From an uncultured Candidatus Rokubacteria bacterium (GTDB lineage Bacteria > Methylomirabilota > Methylomirabilia > Rokubacteriales > CSP1-6): 64,000 bases of DNA. Location: assembly GCA_963789955.1 (NCBI GenBank), contig CAWBMV010000034.1, positions 1,120,001 through 1,184,000 on the forward strand, in the 5' to 3' direction. Below, piece by piece: positions 55,676 to 64,000 of this stretch. Every line of letters begins with the position of its first letter. Within the stretch, counting starts at the first letter, position 1. The position numbers and the translations under genes are program-made. The notes under the pieces are model-generated. The model did not search any database. It was not told the origin of the DNA and was given only the letters and a program-made list of their open reading frames with translations.

Positions 55676-56152
55676 ATGAGCAAAGGCGGCAAGGTGAAAC
55701 CGGTTCCCACGGGATATCACAACGTCACTCCGTACCTGATCATCAACGGCGCGGCGCGCGCGCTGGACTATTACAAACAGGTCTTCGGCGCGACCGAGCG
55801 TATGCGGATGCCCGGCCCCGACGGCAAGATCGGACACGCCGAGATCACCATCGGCGATTCGATGATCATGCTGGCCGACGAGCACATCGAGATGGGGGCG
55901 CGCGCGCCGGGAGCGTTCGGCGGCGCGGCCGTGAGCATCATGCTCTATGTCAAGGACGTGGACGCGACGGTGAAGAGCGCCGTGGCCGAGGGCGCCAAGC
56001 TCCTCCAGCCCGTCGAGGACAAGTTCTACGGCGACCGGATGGGCACGATCGAAGATCCGTTCGGGCATCACTGGCACATCGGGACCCACAAGGAGGATGT
56101 GCCGGCGGATGAGATGAAGCGCCGCGCGGCCGCGATGGCGAAGAGCGGCTGA
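55676..56152 (+). CDS. VOC/PhnB glyoxalase-like protein
   Basis: VTPYL, HAEITIGDS.IMLADE, FYGDR.G...DPFGH.W. Confidence 0.92.
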   Translation: MSKGGKVKPVPTGYHNVTPYLIINGAARALDYYKQVFGATERMRMPGPDGKIGHAEITIGDSMIMLADEHIEMGARAPGAFGGAAVSIMLYVKDVDATVKSAVAEGAKLLQPVEDKFYGDRMGTIEDPFGHHWHIGTHKEDVPADEMKRRAAAMAKSG

Positions 56153-56179
56153 TCGGCGGATCCGCGATCGATCGCTGAG

Positions 56180-56215
56180 GGAGCCCACGCGCCGGTCTCG
56201 CGGCGCGTGGGCTCC
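56180..56215. terminator. 15-bp hairpin between convergent genes (no U-tract)
   Basis: ggagcccacgcgccg-gtctcg-cggcgcgtgggctcc. Confidence 0.5.
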
Positions 56216-56307
56216 AGGCGGCCCGCGAGGGGAGTCGGGCGTCATGGGCACGCGTTGACCGAGCCACCTCCAGACAAGCCCCGGCATCTCGATGCTGAGT
56301 ACGCGGC

Positions 56308-56484
56308 TCAGATGTGAAGCAGCGCGTCGATCATCGAGTTCTCGAAATGCGGCGCCGCGACCAGGTCACGAAGGCGTCGGGCCGGCGCGACCGCCGCGGT
56401 CAGGCCTTTTTGCATGTCGACCACCGTGCCGTACTGGTCGAACATGCACACCTTGATCGTCTGCTTCAGCGCTTCGGCGGTCAT
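56308..56484 (-). pseudogene. Haloacid dehalogenase type II N-terminal remnant
   Basis: My translation: MTAEALKQTIKVCMFDQYGTVVDMQ...HFENSMIDALLHI-stop (58 aa); HAD motif I only. Confidence 0.62.
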
Positions 56485-56509
56485 GCTCGTTCACCGGCCC
56501 CCGGTGCCG

Positions 56510-57607
56510 CTACGAGTAGACGATCACGCTCCGCTTGACCTCGCCCTGCAGCATCAGGTCGAAGGCGCGGTTCAGCTCCCCGAGCGGGAGGCGCCGGCTG
56601 ATGAGCTCGTCGAGCCGGTACTTGCCGCTCATGTAGAGATCGATCAGCATCGGGACGTCGGTGCGCTGGTGGCCGCCGCCGAACGAGCTCCCGGTGAGCA
56701 CGCGCTGCTGCAGCAGCAGCGACGGATCGATCGAGAGCCGCGTGCCCGCCGGCGACACGCCGACGACCACGCAGGTGCCGCCGCGATGGGTCGAGAGCAG
56801 CGCCTGCTCCATCGTGCGCTGCGTGCCCACCACCTCGAACGCGAAGTCGACGCCGCTCCGCCCGGAGAGCGCCTGCACGCGCGCGACCGGGTCCTCCTGC
56901 GAAGCGTCCACGACGTGCGTCGCGCCGAACTCTTCGGCCCAGGCGAGCTTCTGCTTCATGACGTCGACCGCGATGATCGTGCCGGCGCCGACGAGACGGG
57001 CGGCCTGGATCGTGTTGAGGCCGACGCCGCCGCAGCCGAAGACCGCCACGCTCGCCCCCGGCGGCACCTTGGCGCGATTGAACACGGGGCCCGCCCCGGC
57101 CAGCACCCCGCAGCTCACCAGGCACACGACGTCGAGCGGCGCGTCCTTCCGGATGGGGATGACACTCTCCTCCGGGAGCACCGAGTGCGTCGCGTAGCCC
57201 GACACTTGTAGAAAGTGATGAAGGGCCTGCGCGCCCTTCTTGAAGCGCGGCGTGCCGTCGAGCATGAACCAGCGCGGCTTGTCGCGGAGCGCGCACATGG
57301 TCGGCTGGCCGCCGATGCAGTACCAGCACTTGCCGCACGAGGGGATGTAGCTCGAGCAGACGTGATCGCCCGGCGCGACCGTCTCGACTCCCGGGCCGAC
57401 CTTCTCGACCACGCCGGCGGCCTCATGGCCGAGCACGACGGGCAGGGGATGCGGGTAGTCACCGGTGATCACGTGCAGGTCGCTGTGGCAGACGCCGTTG
57501 GCCGCCCACCGCACCTGGACCTCGTGCGGGCCGGGCTCGAGCAGCTCGACGTCCTCGATCACGACCGGCTTCTTCGCGTCGTACAGAACCGCCGCGGTTA
57601 CACGCAT
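56510..57607 (-). CDS. Zn-dependent alcohol dehydrogenase
   Basis: CHSD, LGHEAAG, CGKCWYC..C, FGCGGVG; SD aaggaaggg. Confidence 0.93.
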   Translation of the reverse strand: MRVTAAVLYDAKKPVVIEDVELLEPGPHEVQVRWAANGVCHSDLHVITGDYPHPLPVVLGHEAAGVVEKVGPGVETVAPGDHVCSSYIPSCGKCWYCIGGQPTMCALRDKPRWFMLDGTPRFKKGAQALHHFLQVSGYATHSVLPEESVIPIRKDAPLDVVCLVSCGVLAGAGPVFNRAKVPPGASVAVFGCGGVGLNTIQAARLVGAGTIIAVDVMKQKLAWAEEFGATHVVDASQEDPVARVQALSGRSGVDFAFEVVGTQRTMEQALLSTHRGGTCVVVGVSPAGTRLSIDPSLLLQQRVLTGSSFGGGHQRTDVPMLIDLYMSGKYRLDELISRRLPLGELNRAFDLMLQGEVKRSVIVYS

Positions 57608-57751
57608 GGCACCCTTCCTTTGGGGAGAATCTCGTGCGTAGTCTGCGCGAGCGCCGGCACCTTCGCAAGACCCGCCGATCCGACCCGCGTTCAGTTGCCT
57701 TGGCCGACGGGCTCGCGTACTGTGACGACGCGGAGGCGCGCGGACAGCGAG

Positions 57752-58531
57752 ATGACCGGCGAGACGCGAGAGCCGCACGACGCCGCGGACAGCCGCGCGG
57801 TGCCGCATCCCGTTCTCAAGAAGTATTACGAGAACGAGAGCGACCGCCGCCCCTTCGTCAACGCCTTGTTCGACAACGCCGCCGAGCACTACGATTTCGT
57901 CTGCGGCCTCGGCTCGCTCGGCTCCGGACGGTACTACCGCCGCTGGGTCCTGCTGCAATCCGGGCTTCGCGTCGGCATGAACTTCCTCGACGTCGCCACC
58001 GGCACCGGCATGATCGCCCAGGGTGCCTCGCGCATTCTGCGCCGGCCCGGTGCCGTCGTTGGGCTCGATCCGAGCGTCGGCATGCTGCGGGAGGCCCGCA
58101 AGATCGTCGCGGTCCCTCTGGTGCAGGGCACCGTCGAGGAGCTGCCGTTCGCGAACGACCACTTCGACTTTCTCTGCATGGGCTACGCGCTGCGCCATGT
58201 CGCCGACCTCGGCGTCGCGTTTCGGGAATGCCTGCGTGTCTTGAAGCCGGGCGGCCGGGTGCTGATCCTCGAGATCACCTTGCCGCGCTCGCCGCTCGGT
58301 CAGCGATTCTTCCGCGTCTACTTCGAGAGTGTCCTCCCGCGGATCACACGACTGAGCACCGGCAGCGCCAAGGCCGAGCTGCTGATGAAGTACTACTGGG
58401 ACACGATCGCGAACTGCGTGCCGCCGGACACGATCCTCGGCGTGCTGAAGTCGAGCGGCTTTGCCGACATCGAGCACCGCGTGCGCGGAGGCCTCTTGAG
58501 CGAGTACATCGGCATCAAGCCAGGCGGCTGA
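57752..58531 (+). CDS. UbiE/MenG-like SAM methyltransferase
   Basis: LFDN.A..YD, LDVATGTG, LPF, YALRHV, RVLKPGG. Confidence 0.85.
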   Translation: MTGETREPHDAADSRAVPHPVLKKYYENESDRRPFVNALFDNAAEHYDFVCGLGSLGSGRYYRRWVLLQSGLRVGMNFLDVATGTGMIAQGASRILRRPGAVVGLDPSVGMLREARKIVAVPLVQGTVEELPFANDHFDFLCMGYALRHVADLGVAFRECLRVLKPGGRVLILEITLPRSPLGQRFFRVYFESVLPRITRLSTGSAKAELLMKYYWDTIANCVPPDTILGVLKSSGFADIEHRVRGGLLSEYIGIKPGG

Positions 58532-58571
58532 AACAGGCCGATCGGCTTCGTCGGGGCCCTCGAACGAGCTG

Positions 58572-59853
58572 TCAGCGGATCGCCATCTCGGTCGGCTCGA
58601 CGCCGCGCAGGCCGTAGCGGCCCATGAAGCGCAGGAGGCCGCGGCTGTACCGCCGCGAGCGTGCCCGTCCCCGAGGCCTGCAGCGCGATGTGGCGCTCGA
58701 TGTGGTTCTGGGCCGCGTTCTTGATGGCGTTGGTCCCGACCGCCATCCAGTCGCGCCCGGCGCGGAAGAGCGCCGCCATCCGCCCGTCGTAGAACGTCGC
58801 GATCAGATCGAGCCAGGCGGTGAGCATCGCCGTTTGCATGGCCGCGTACGGCCGGAGCGCGGCCTCGAGCTCCGCCGGCGAGGGCGCCCGCTCCGCGTTC
58901 GCGAACGGCGCCAGCGCGTCGGCCACGAGCTCGGCCGAGCGCAGGGCCAGCAGGACGCCCGGCGAGAGCATCGGATCGACGAAGCCGAACGCGTCGCCGA
59001 CCATCACCCAGCCCGGACCGACGCCTCGGTGCGAGATCAGCTGGTAGTTGGCGTAGGTCGCGACGGAGGTCACGCGCGTGCTGTCGCGTCCGATCGTCGA
59101 CAGCCACGGGTCGGTGGCGATGGCCCGCTCGAGCCGCTCGGCCGGGCTCGCGCCGAGCCGCGCGGCGTCGTCGCGCCCCAGCACGATACCGATCGAGAGA
59201 CGCTCGCGGAGCGGGATGCACCAGCTCCAGCCCGCGTCGAGGCGCCGGATCAGCACCTGGCCGGGCTCGTCGTCCCAGGCGAAGTCCTCGAAGTGGGCGA
59301 AGTGCGCGACGTCCTTGCGCGGTCCGTAGTGCGCGCCGATGTTCAGCGCGCGAGCCCCGAGCCGGGCCCGCCCCGTGGCGTCCACGACGAGGTCGGGCTG
59401 CCGGCCGCCGAGCGACGGGGCGGCGGCCAGGGTTTCGGGCGCCAGGCCGAGCTCGCGCCCCTCGTCGGTGATCGGCTCCATGCGCGCGTGGGCGACGACG
59501 TGCTCGACGCCCGACGCGACGGCGCGTGCGAGCACCGCGTCGTCGAATCTCGGGCGCGGGATGTTGTAGGCGTAGGGGTACACGCCCGGCGCGAAGCGCG
59601 CAAAGGAGAAGCTGAATCGGTCGTTCGGAGACCAGATGAACGACACGCCCGGCTTCACGCGGCTGAAGCTCGCGGTTTCTTCTTCGAGACCGAGGCGCTG
59701 GAGAATCGGGACGACCGCGGGCACCAGCGACTCGCCGACCAGGAGCTCGGGGCGGCGGCCGTCGTCGAACAGCGTGACCTTCGCCCCCTGACGCGCGAGC
59801 AGGATGGCCAGGGCCGCGCCCGAAGGACCGGCGCCGATGATCGCGACTCTCAT
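58572..59853 (-). CDS. Flavin-dependent halogenase-like protein (frameshift near 58655)
   Basis: GAGPSG, GESL, VKPG Lys, WSWCIP, GDAFGFVDPMLSPG. Confidence 0.8.
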
Positions 59854-61313
59854 CGTCGAATCTTGCCGCTGGGCGTCCGAGGCACTGCAGTCCACGACGG
59901 TGAACTCGAGCGGCACCTTGTACGAGGACAAGGCACGGGCGCAATGCGACCTCAGGGCATCGAGGTCGAAGCCGGCGGGATCCACGGCGATCTCGGCGCA
60001 CGGCACTTCGCCCATACGCGCGTGCGGCCGTCCGAACACGCGAGATTCCTTGATCCCCGGGAACTGGTTGATGCAGTCCTCGACTTCCTCGGGGAAGAAT
60101 TTCAACCCGGCGACGAGGATGAGCGCTTTCTTTCTGCCCTTCAGATGCAGCGCGCCCGATCGGTCCAGGAACCCGAGGTCGCCGGTGAGGAACCAGCCGT
60201 CGCGCTCGACCTGCTCGCGCAGCCGCCACGGCGAATAGTACGCGGAGAACAGCCCGTCACCACGCACGCCGATCTCGCCCAGACGTCTCCGGGGGCAGAG
60301 GGTGTCCGTCGTCCGAGAAGATCGAGACGGCGTAGCCGGGAACGGGGCGGCCCACCGAGGTCTGGGGTAGACCGTCGGTCCCGAGGTTGATGCACGGCAG
60401 GCCGGCTTCGATGATGCCGTAGGCCTGACCGACGGGAACGCCGTAGACCGACTCGAAGCGCTCCATCACGACCGGCGAGATCGGCGCGGCGGTCGAGAGC
60501 GTCACGCGGATGCTCGAGAGCGGCTCGCTCGATTCGAGATTCGCCATGCGCTCGAAGTGGAGCGGCGCCGCGTAGAGCACGCTCGCGCGATGGCGACGGA
60601 CGCGCCTCGACGATCGCCTTCGGGAGCGTGTCCGGGCACAGGAGGATGTGGGCGCCGGCGCGAACGTAGGCGGTGATCGTGACCGCGAAATGATAGGCGA
60701 GGGGCAGCACCCACAGGATGCGGTCCTCCTCGCTGAACTTGAGCACGCGGTCGGACGCGTCCACGCGCGCGGCGGTCGCTTCGTGGGACAGGACGACGCC
60801 CTTGCTGCGCGACGTCGTCCCCGACGTGAATCGGATGAACGCGGCGTTCAGCTTGGAGAACTCCGCCGGGGCCTCGGCCCCGCGATCGATCCACTGGAAC
60901 GTGTAGCCCTCGCACTCGCCGCCCTTCACGACCGCACGGCGCGCCGACGCATCCGCGTGGTCGGACGCGAACGGCAGCGGCGCGGCCTTCGGCCACGACA
61001 AGCAGCCGTTCAGCTGTACCTCGCGCACGATTGCCGCGATCTCGGTCGGCGTCAGGTTGCTGGCGAGCGGCACGAAGCAGGCGCCCGCGGCCAGCAGGCC
61101 GAACGCGGCCGGCAGGTAGGTGAGATCGTTCGGGGCCAGGAGCCCGATGCGCTGTCCAGGTCCGACGCCCTCGGCTTTGAGGACCGCGGCCAGCCGCTCG
61201 GCTTCCCGGGCGAGCTGGCCATAGCTCACGGACCGGCCCGACCGCACGTCGGTGACCGCGCGGCGAGGCGAGTGCCGCTCGGCGGTCGCGAAGAGGATGT
61301 CGGCGAGGTTCAT
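59850..61313 (-). CDS. AMP-binding acyl-CoA/acyl-ACP ligase (frameshifts)
   Basis: FTSGTTSRSKG, YGIIE, TGDLG, GRKK, PEEVE, PRTPSGK. Confidence 0.85.
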
Positions 61314-62533
61314 CGCGCCTCCGCGCAGCGCGCCGCCGCCCGGCCGACGGCCTCGCCGGCCGCCAGGCAGGTGCCGATCACGCGCGCCGAGCCGAGCGCC
61401 TCGTGCGTGGCGCTCATGCAGCGGCCGGCGACGAAGAGGTTCTCGACGTCGCGCGCCTGCAGGCAGCGAAGCGGAATGTCGTAGTGAGCCCGATCGTCGA
61501 GCCACTCGTACGTGGCCCCGAGGCGGCCTTCCTCCCAGAGCTCGATGGGCCAGCTCGCCCGCGCGACGCCGTCGTCGAACTTGCGGCCGCTCAGCACGTC
61601 GTCGCGGGTCAGCTGATAGCGTCCGATCACACGCCGGCTCTCGCGCACGCCCACCTGCGGCGCGGCGTGGGAAATGAACGCGCGCGCGAACGCGGGCAAC
61701 GTCTTCAGAAACTCCGTCACGGCGAAGGCGCGCTTGCGGCCTTCCTGCTCGGCGACGGTCAGGAAGTCGCGGCTCGCGGGAAGCTCCTCGGTGATGCCGC
61801 TCAGGGTGAGCTTGCAGACGATCTCGCCGGGCTGCGGCGACGAGCCGAGCGCCAGGTTTGCGGCTCCCTTCGGCAAGCGGCCTTCTTGCTCGGCGGCGAC
61901 CAGCGCCCGCAGGAGCGCCACGCGCGGCCCCGAGCCGAGCGCTTCGGTGTCGACGTGCTGGAGGACGAAGACCAGCGAGGGCAGCTGGCGCTCGGCCAGC
62001 GGCGTCGTCACCGTCGCCGCGCCGGCGAGGTGCGCGAGGACGGCGTCGCCGCTCGCGTCCACGACGGCGCGCGCCGTCAGCTCGACGACGCGCTCCCAGG
62101 TGGCGACGCGGACCGCCTCGACGCGCGCTGCGCTCGTGTCGATCGCCGTGAGAAACGTGTGGAGATAGACGTCGAGCGACGCGGCCGATGCGGTGAGCTG
62201 ATCGGCCAGGCAGGCGAACGCGAACGGCGTATAGGGCAGGACGTGTGTTCGTCCCCGGCGGACCGGCTCGGCGCATCCGGGCATCGCCGCGAGCCGGCGC
62301 GCCACGTCGTCGGCGAAGCCCGGGTTCAGCGGCTCCGGCGGTCCCGCGGCCGAGGTCAGATAGAGGCCGCAGATCGTGCTCACCATGCCCGCCGTGGCCA
62401 TGCCTCCGAGGAAACCGTAGCGCTCGATGAGCGCCGTCCGGGCGCCCGCGCGCGCGGCGGAGACGGCCGCGGCCAGTCCGGCGGCGCCGCCGCCGACGAC
62501 CACGACGTCGTAGCTCAGCGAGCCGGCCGCCAT
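61310..62533 (-). CDS. FAD-dependent oxidoreductase (FAD_oxidored family)
   Basis: GGGAAG, LGGMAT, DASGDA, VRESRR, Y.IPLRCL, AGRCMS, GEAVG. Confidence 0.85.
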   Translation of the reverse strand: MAAGSLSYDVVVVGGGAAGLAAAVSAARAGARTALIERYGFLGGMATAGMVSTICGLYLTSAAGPPEPLNPGFADDVARRLAAMPGCAEPVRRGRTHVLPYTPFAFACLADQLTASAASLDVYLHTFLTAIDTSAARVEAVRVATWERVVELTARAVVDASGDAVLAHLAGAATVTTPLAERQLPSLVFVLQHVDTEALGSGPRVALLRALVAAEQEGRLPKGAANLALGSSPQPGEIVCKLTLSGITEELPASRDFLTVAEQEGRKRAFAVTEFLKTLPAFARAFISHAAPQVGVRESRRVIGRYQLTRDDVLSGRKFDDGVARASWPIELWEEGRLGATYEWLDDRAHYDIPLRCLQARDVENLFVAGRCMSATHEALGSARVIGTCLAAGEAVGRAAARCAEAR

Positions 62534-63837
62534 CCCATGCCTTCGCGAATCGCCTCGATGATGCGCGCCACCTCCTCGGCTCTCATCGCGCCCTCGACCC
62601 AGGATACGACCAGGTTATTCCTGATCCCGCATCGGTTGAAGAATACGCCGATCCCGGGCCGCGGCAGTACGGATGGCGCATGGTAGGCGTTCGTGACCCG
62701 CCGTCCGAAGAGCTTTTCGAGGCCCGGTGGGAACTCGGCCAGATCGGCGCAGTTGAACGAGAACGTCTCGCGGCTCGCCGTGCCCGGCAGATCGCGCAGC
62801 ATCAGCGAGAGCGGGCGGTATTTCAGAAACTCCATCGCGACCGCGTTGGCGTCGATCTGCCCGTCGCGCAGCGCGTCTGCCATCTGGCGGCGCAAGGTCC
62901 GCGCGAGCTGGTCCACGTCGCTCGTCTCGGAGGGCTTGAAGCGAGCGAAGTGGAAGGCCAGCACGTTGCCGAAGGTCGCCCCCGGCTCGCCCTTGGGTCT
63001 GAGATCGACGGAGACCGGCACGAGAAACGGCAGGTCGGGGAGCCCCCGCCGGCGCCAGAGATCGGCCATGGTCTGGCCGACCAGCGCCAGTCGCCAGCAG
63101 ATCTCACGCGTGGAGCGATCGCCGGAGCCGTGCTCGTCGCCGACGAAGCTGACATGCTGGAAGCGGGCCCGCCCCGGCGACGTCAGCCCGGTACCCGGCG
63201 ACACCGGCGGCTCGGGGACCAGCGCCCGCATGTAGCGCTGGCTCATGCGCCCGAGCCGCCCGCGCTCCTTGAGCGGGCGCGGATCAGGATCCGTCGCGAA
63301 CCCCGGGATCGCCCCGGCCCATGGCATGCGCCCCTCGGACTCGTCCAGGTGCGCCAGATGCGCGAGCAGGTTCTGCGCGCCGTGAGGGTCCATCAGCGGA
63401 TGAAACCAGGTGACGACGAGGGAGCTCTGCGGCCCGGCCACGTCGGACGCGCCGTCGAGAACCGCGAAACGAAGCGGTGGCTCGCGGCGAGGATCGATCG
63501 CGGTGTTGAGCTCCGTCTCGAGCTCGGCGTGCAGCGCCTCGGGCGAGCCGAGGCGGCGATGGCGTACGGGCGGCACGGCCAGCGCGTCACGCTCGCGCGC
63601 CGCCCAGTGGAGCGCTCCCCACGGGAACGGTCGACTCAGGCGCGCCGCCGGCCAGGGGCAGACGTCGAGGAATCGCTCGATCGCCCGCTGGATGCGCTCG
63701 GGATCGAGCGGCCCCTCGCACTGGACGACCATGAGCGTGTTGTTGCTCACGCCCTCGCGCTTCCACAGGGCTTGCATCGCGACCAGCACGAGATCGGCGC
63801 CGCGAAGGGGTAGACGACGGACCCGAGCGGTGCTCAC
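62515..63837 (-). CDS. Stand-alone condensation-domain/acyltransferase-like protein
   Basis: WFHPLMDPHG (HxxxD), VPVSVDLR, GN; about 440 aa. Confidence 0.7.
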   Translation of the reverse strand: MSTARVRRLPLRGADLVLVAMQALWKREGVSNNTLMVVQCEGPLDPERIQRAIERFLDVCPWPAARLSRPFPWGALHWAARERDALAVPPVRHRRLGSPEALHAELETELNTAIDPRREPPLRFAVLDGASDVAGPQSSLVVTWFHPLMDPHGAQNLLAHLAHLDESEGRMPWAGAIPGFATDPDPRPLKERGRLGRMSQRYMRALVPEPPVSPGTGLTSPGRARFQHVSFVGDEHGSGDRSTREICWRLALVGQTMADLWRRRGLPDLPFLVPVSVDLRPKGEPGATFGNVLAFHFARFKPSETSDVDQLARTLRRQMADALRDGQIDANAVAMEFLKYRPLSLMLRDLPGTASRETFSFNCADLAEFPPGLEKLFGRRVTNAYHAPSVLPRPGIGVFFNRCGIRNNLVVSWVEGAMRAEEVARIIEAIREGMGWRPAR

Positions 63838-64000
63838 GCGCTCCGTCGACAGATATAGGCCGCGAAGGCGCGCGCGGTTCTGATGTTGTCGCTGACGAGG
63901 TCCTCGTCGGGCATCCAGAAGCCGTAGTGCGCCTCGATGAAGAGCAGCACTTTGAGCAGCGACATCGAGTCGAGCCCGGCCAGCTCGAGATCGTCGTCGG
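63834..64000 (-). CDS. Acyl carrier protein (5' truncated by window edge)
   Basis: My translation: DDDLELAGLDSMSLLKVLLFIEAHYGFWMPDEDL; GLDS phosphopantetheine motif. Confidence 0.88.
   Translation of the reverse strand, partial: DDDLELAGLDSMSLLKVLLFIEAHYGFWMPDEDLVSDNIRTARAFAAYICRRSA

Noticed and set aside
56510..60229. 1239-aa ORF as a giant alcohol dehydrogenase fusion
   Set aside because: Only the last 365 aa are ADH-like, with their own SD and ATG at 57607; the rest is off-frame read-through

Overview
High-GC, gene-dense bacterial chromosomal segment. A TonB system, a beta-barrel porin and the general gene content point to a diderm soil organism, possibly Rokubacteria/Methylomirabilota-like (inference only). 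Many genes carry scattered single-base frameshifts, densest at 26.8-32.2, 36.4-39.1 and 50.6-53.9 kb; these look like consensus errors rather than real pseudogenes. Content: stress and housekeeping genes (Hsp20, DksA/TraR, YbaK, uvrA, pyk, 5-GAF hybrid kinase, aminotransferases); a sigma54-driven nitrogen island (nitrate ABC, nitrate and nitrite reductase, siroheme genes, amtB-glnK-porin-HTH); meaB; fprA; an orphan GAF-PilB ATPase; a TonB/TBDR/nikR unit; a TRAP transporter; and the 3' part of an ACP/condensation/adenylation/halogenase biosynthetic cluster. Main signals the ORF track misses: (1) three thioredoxin-fold genes split by an in-frame TGA exactly at the first Cys of CxxC (UPFC, USSC, UPHC), each followed by a SECIS-like hairpin, i.e. 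probable selenoproteins, including a glutaredoxin-DinB fusion; (2) ANTAR-type hairpin/terminator leaders ahead of amtB and the nitrate operon; (3) two NikR-like operators with a 15-bp spacer; (4) a family of about 150-bp palindromic intergenic elements; (5) repeated leaderless-type promoters.
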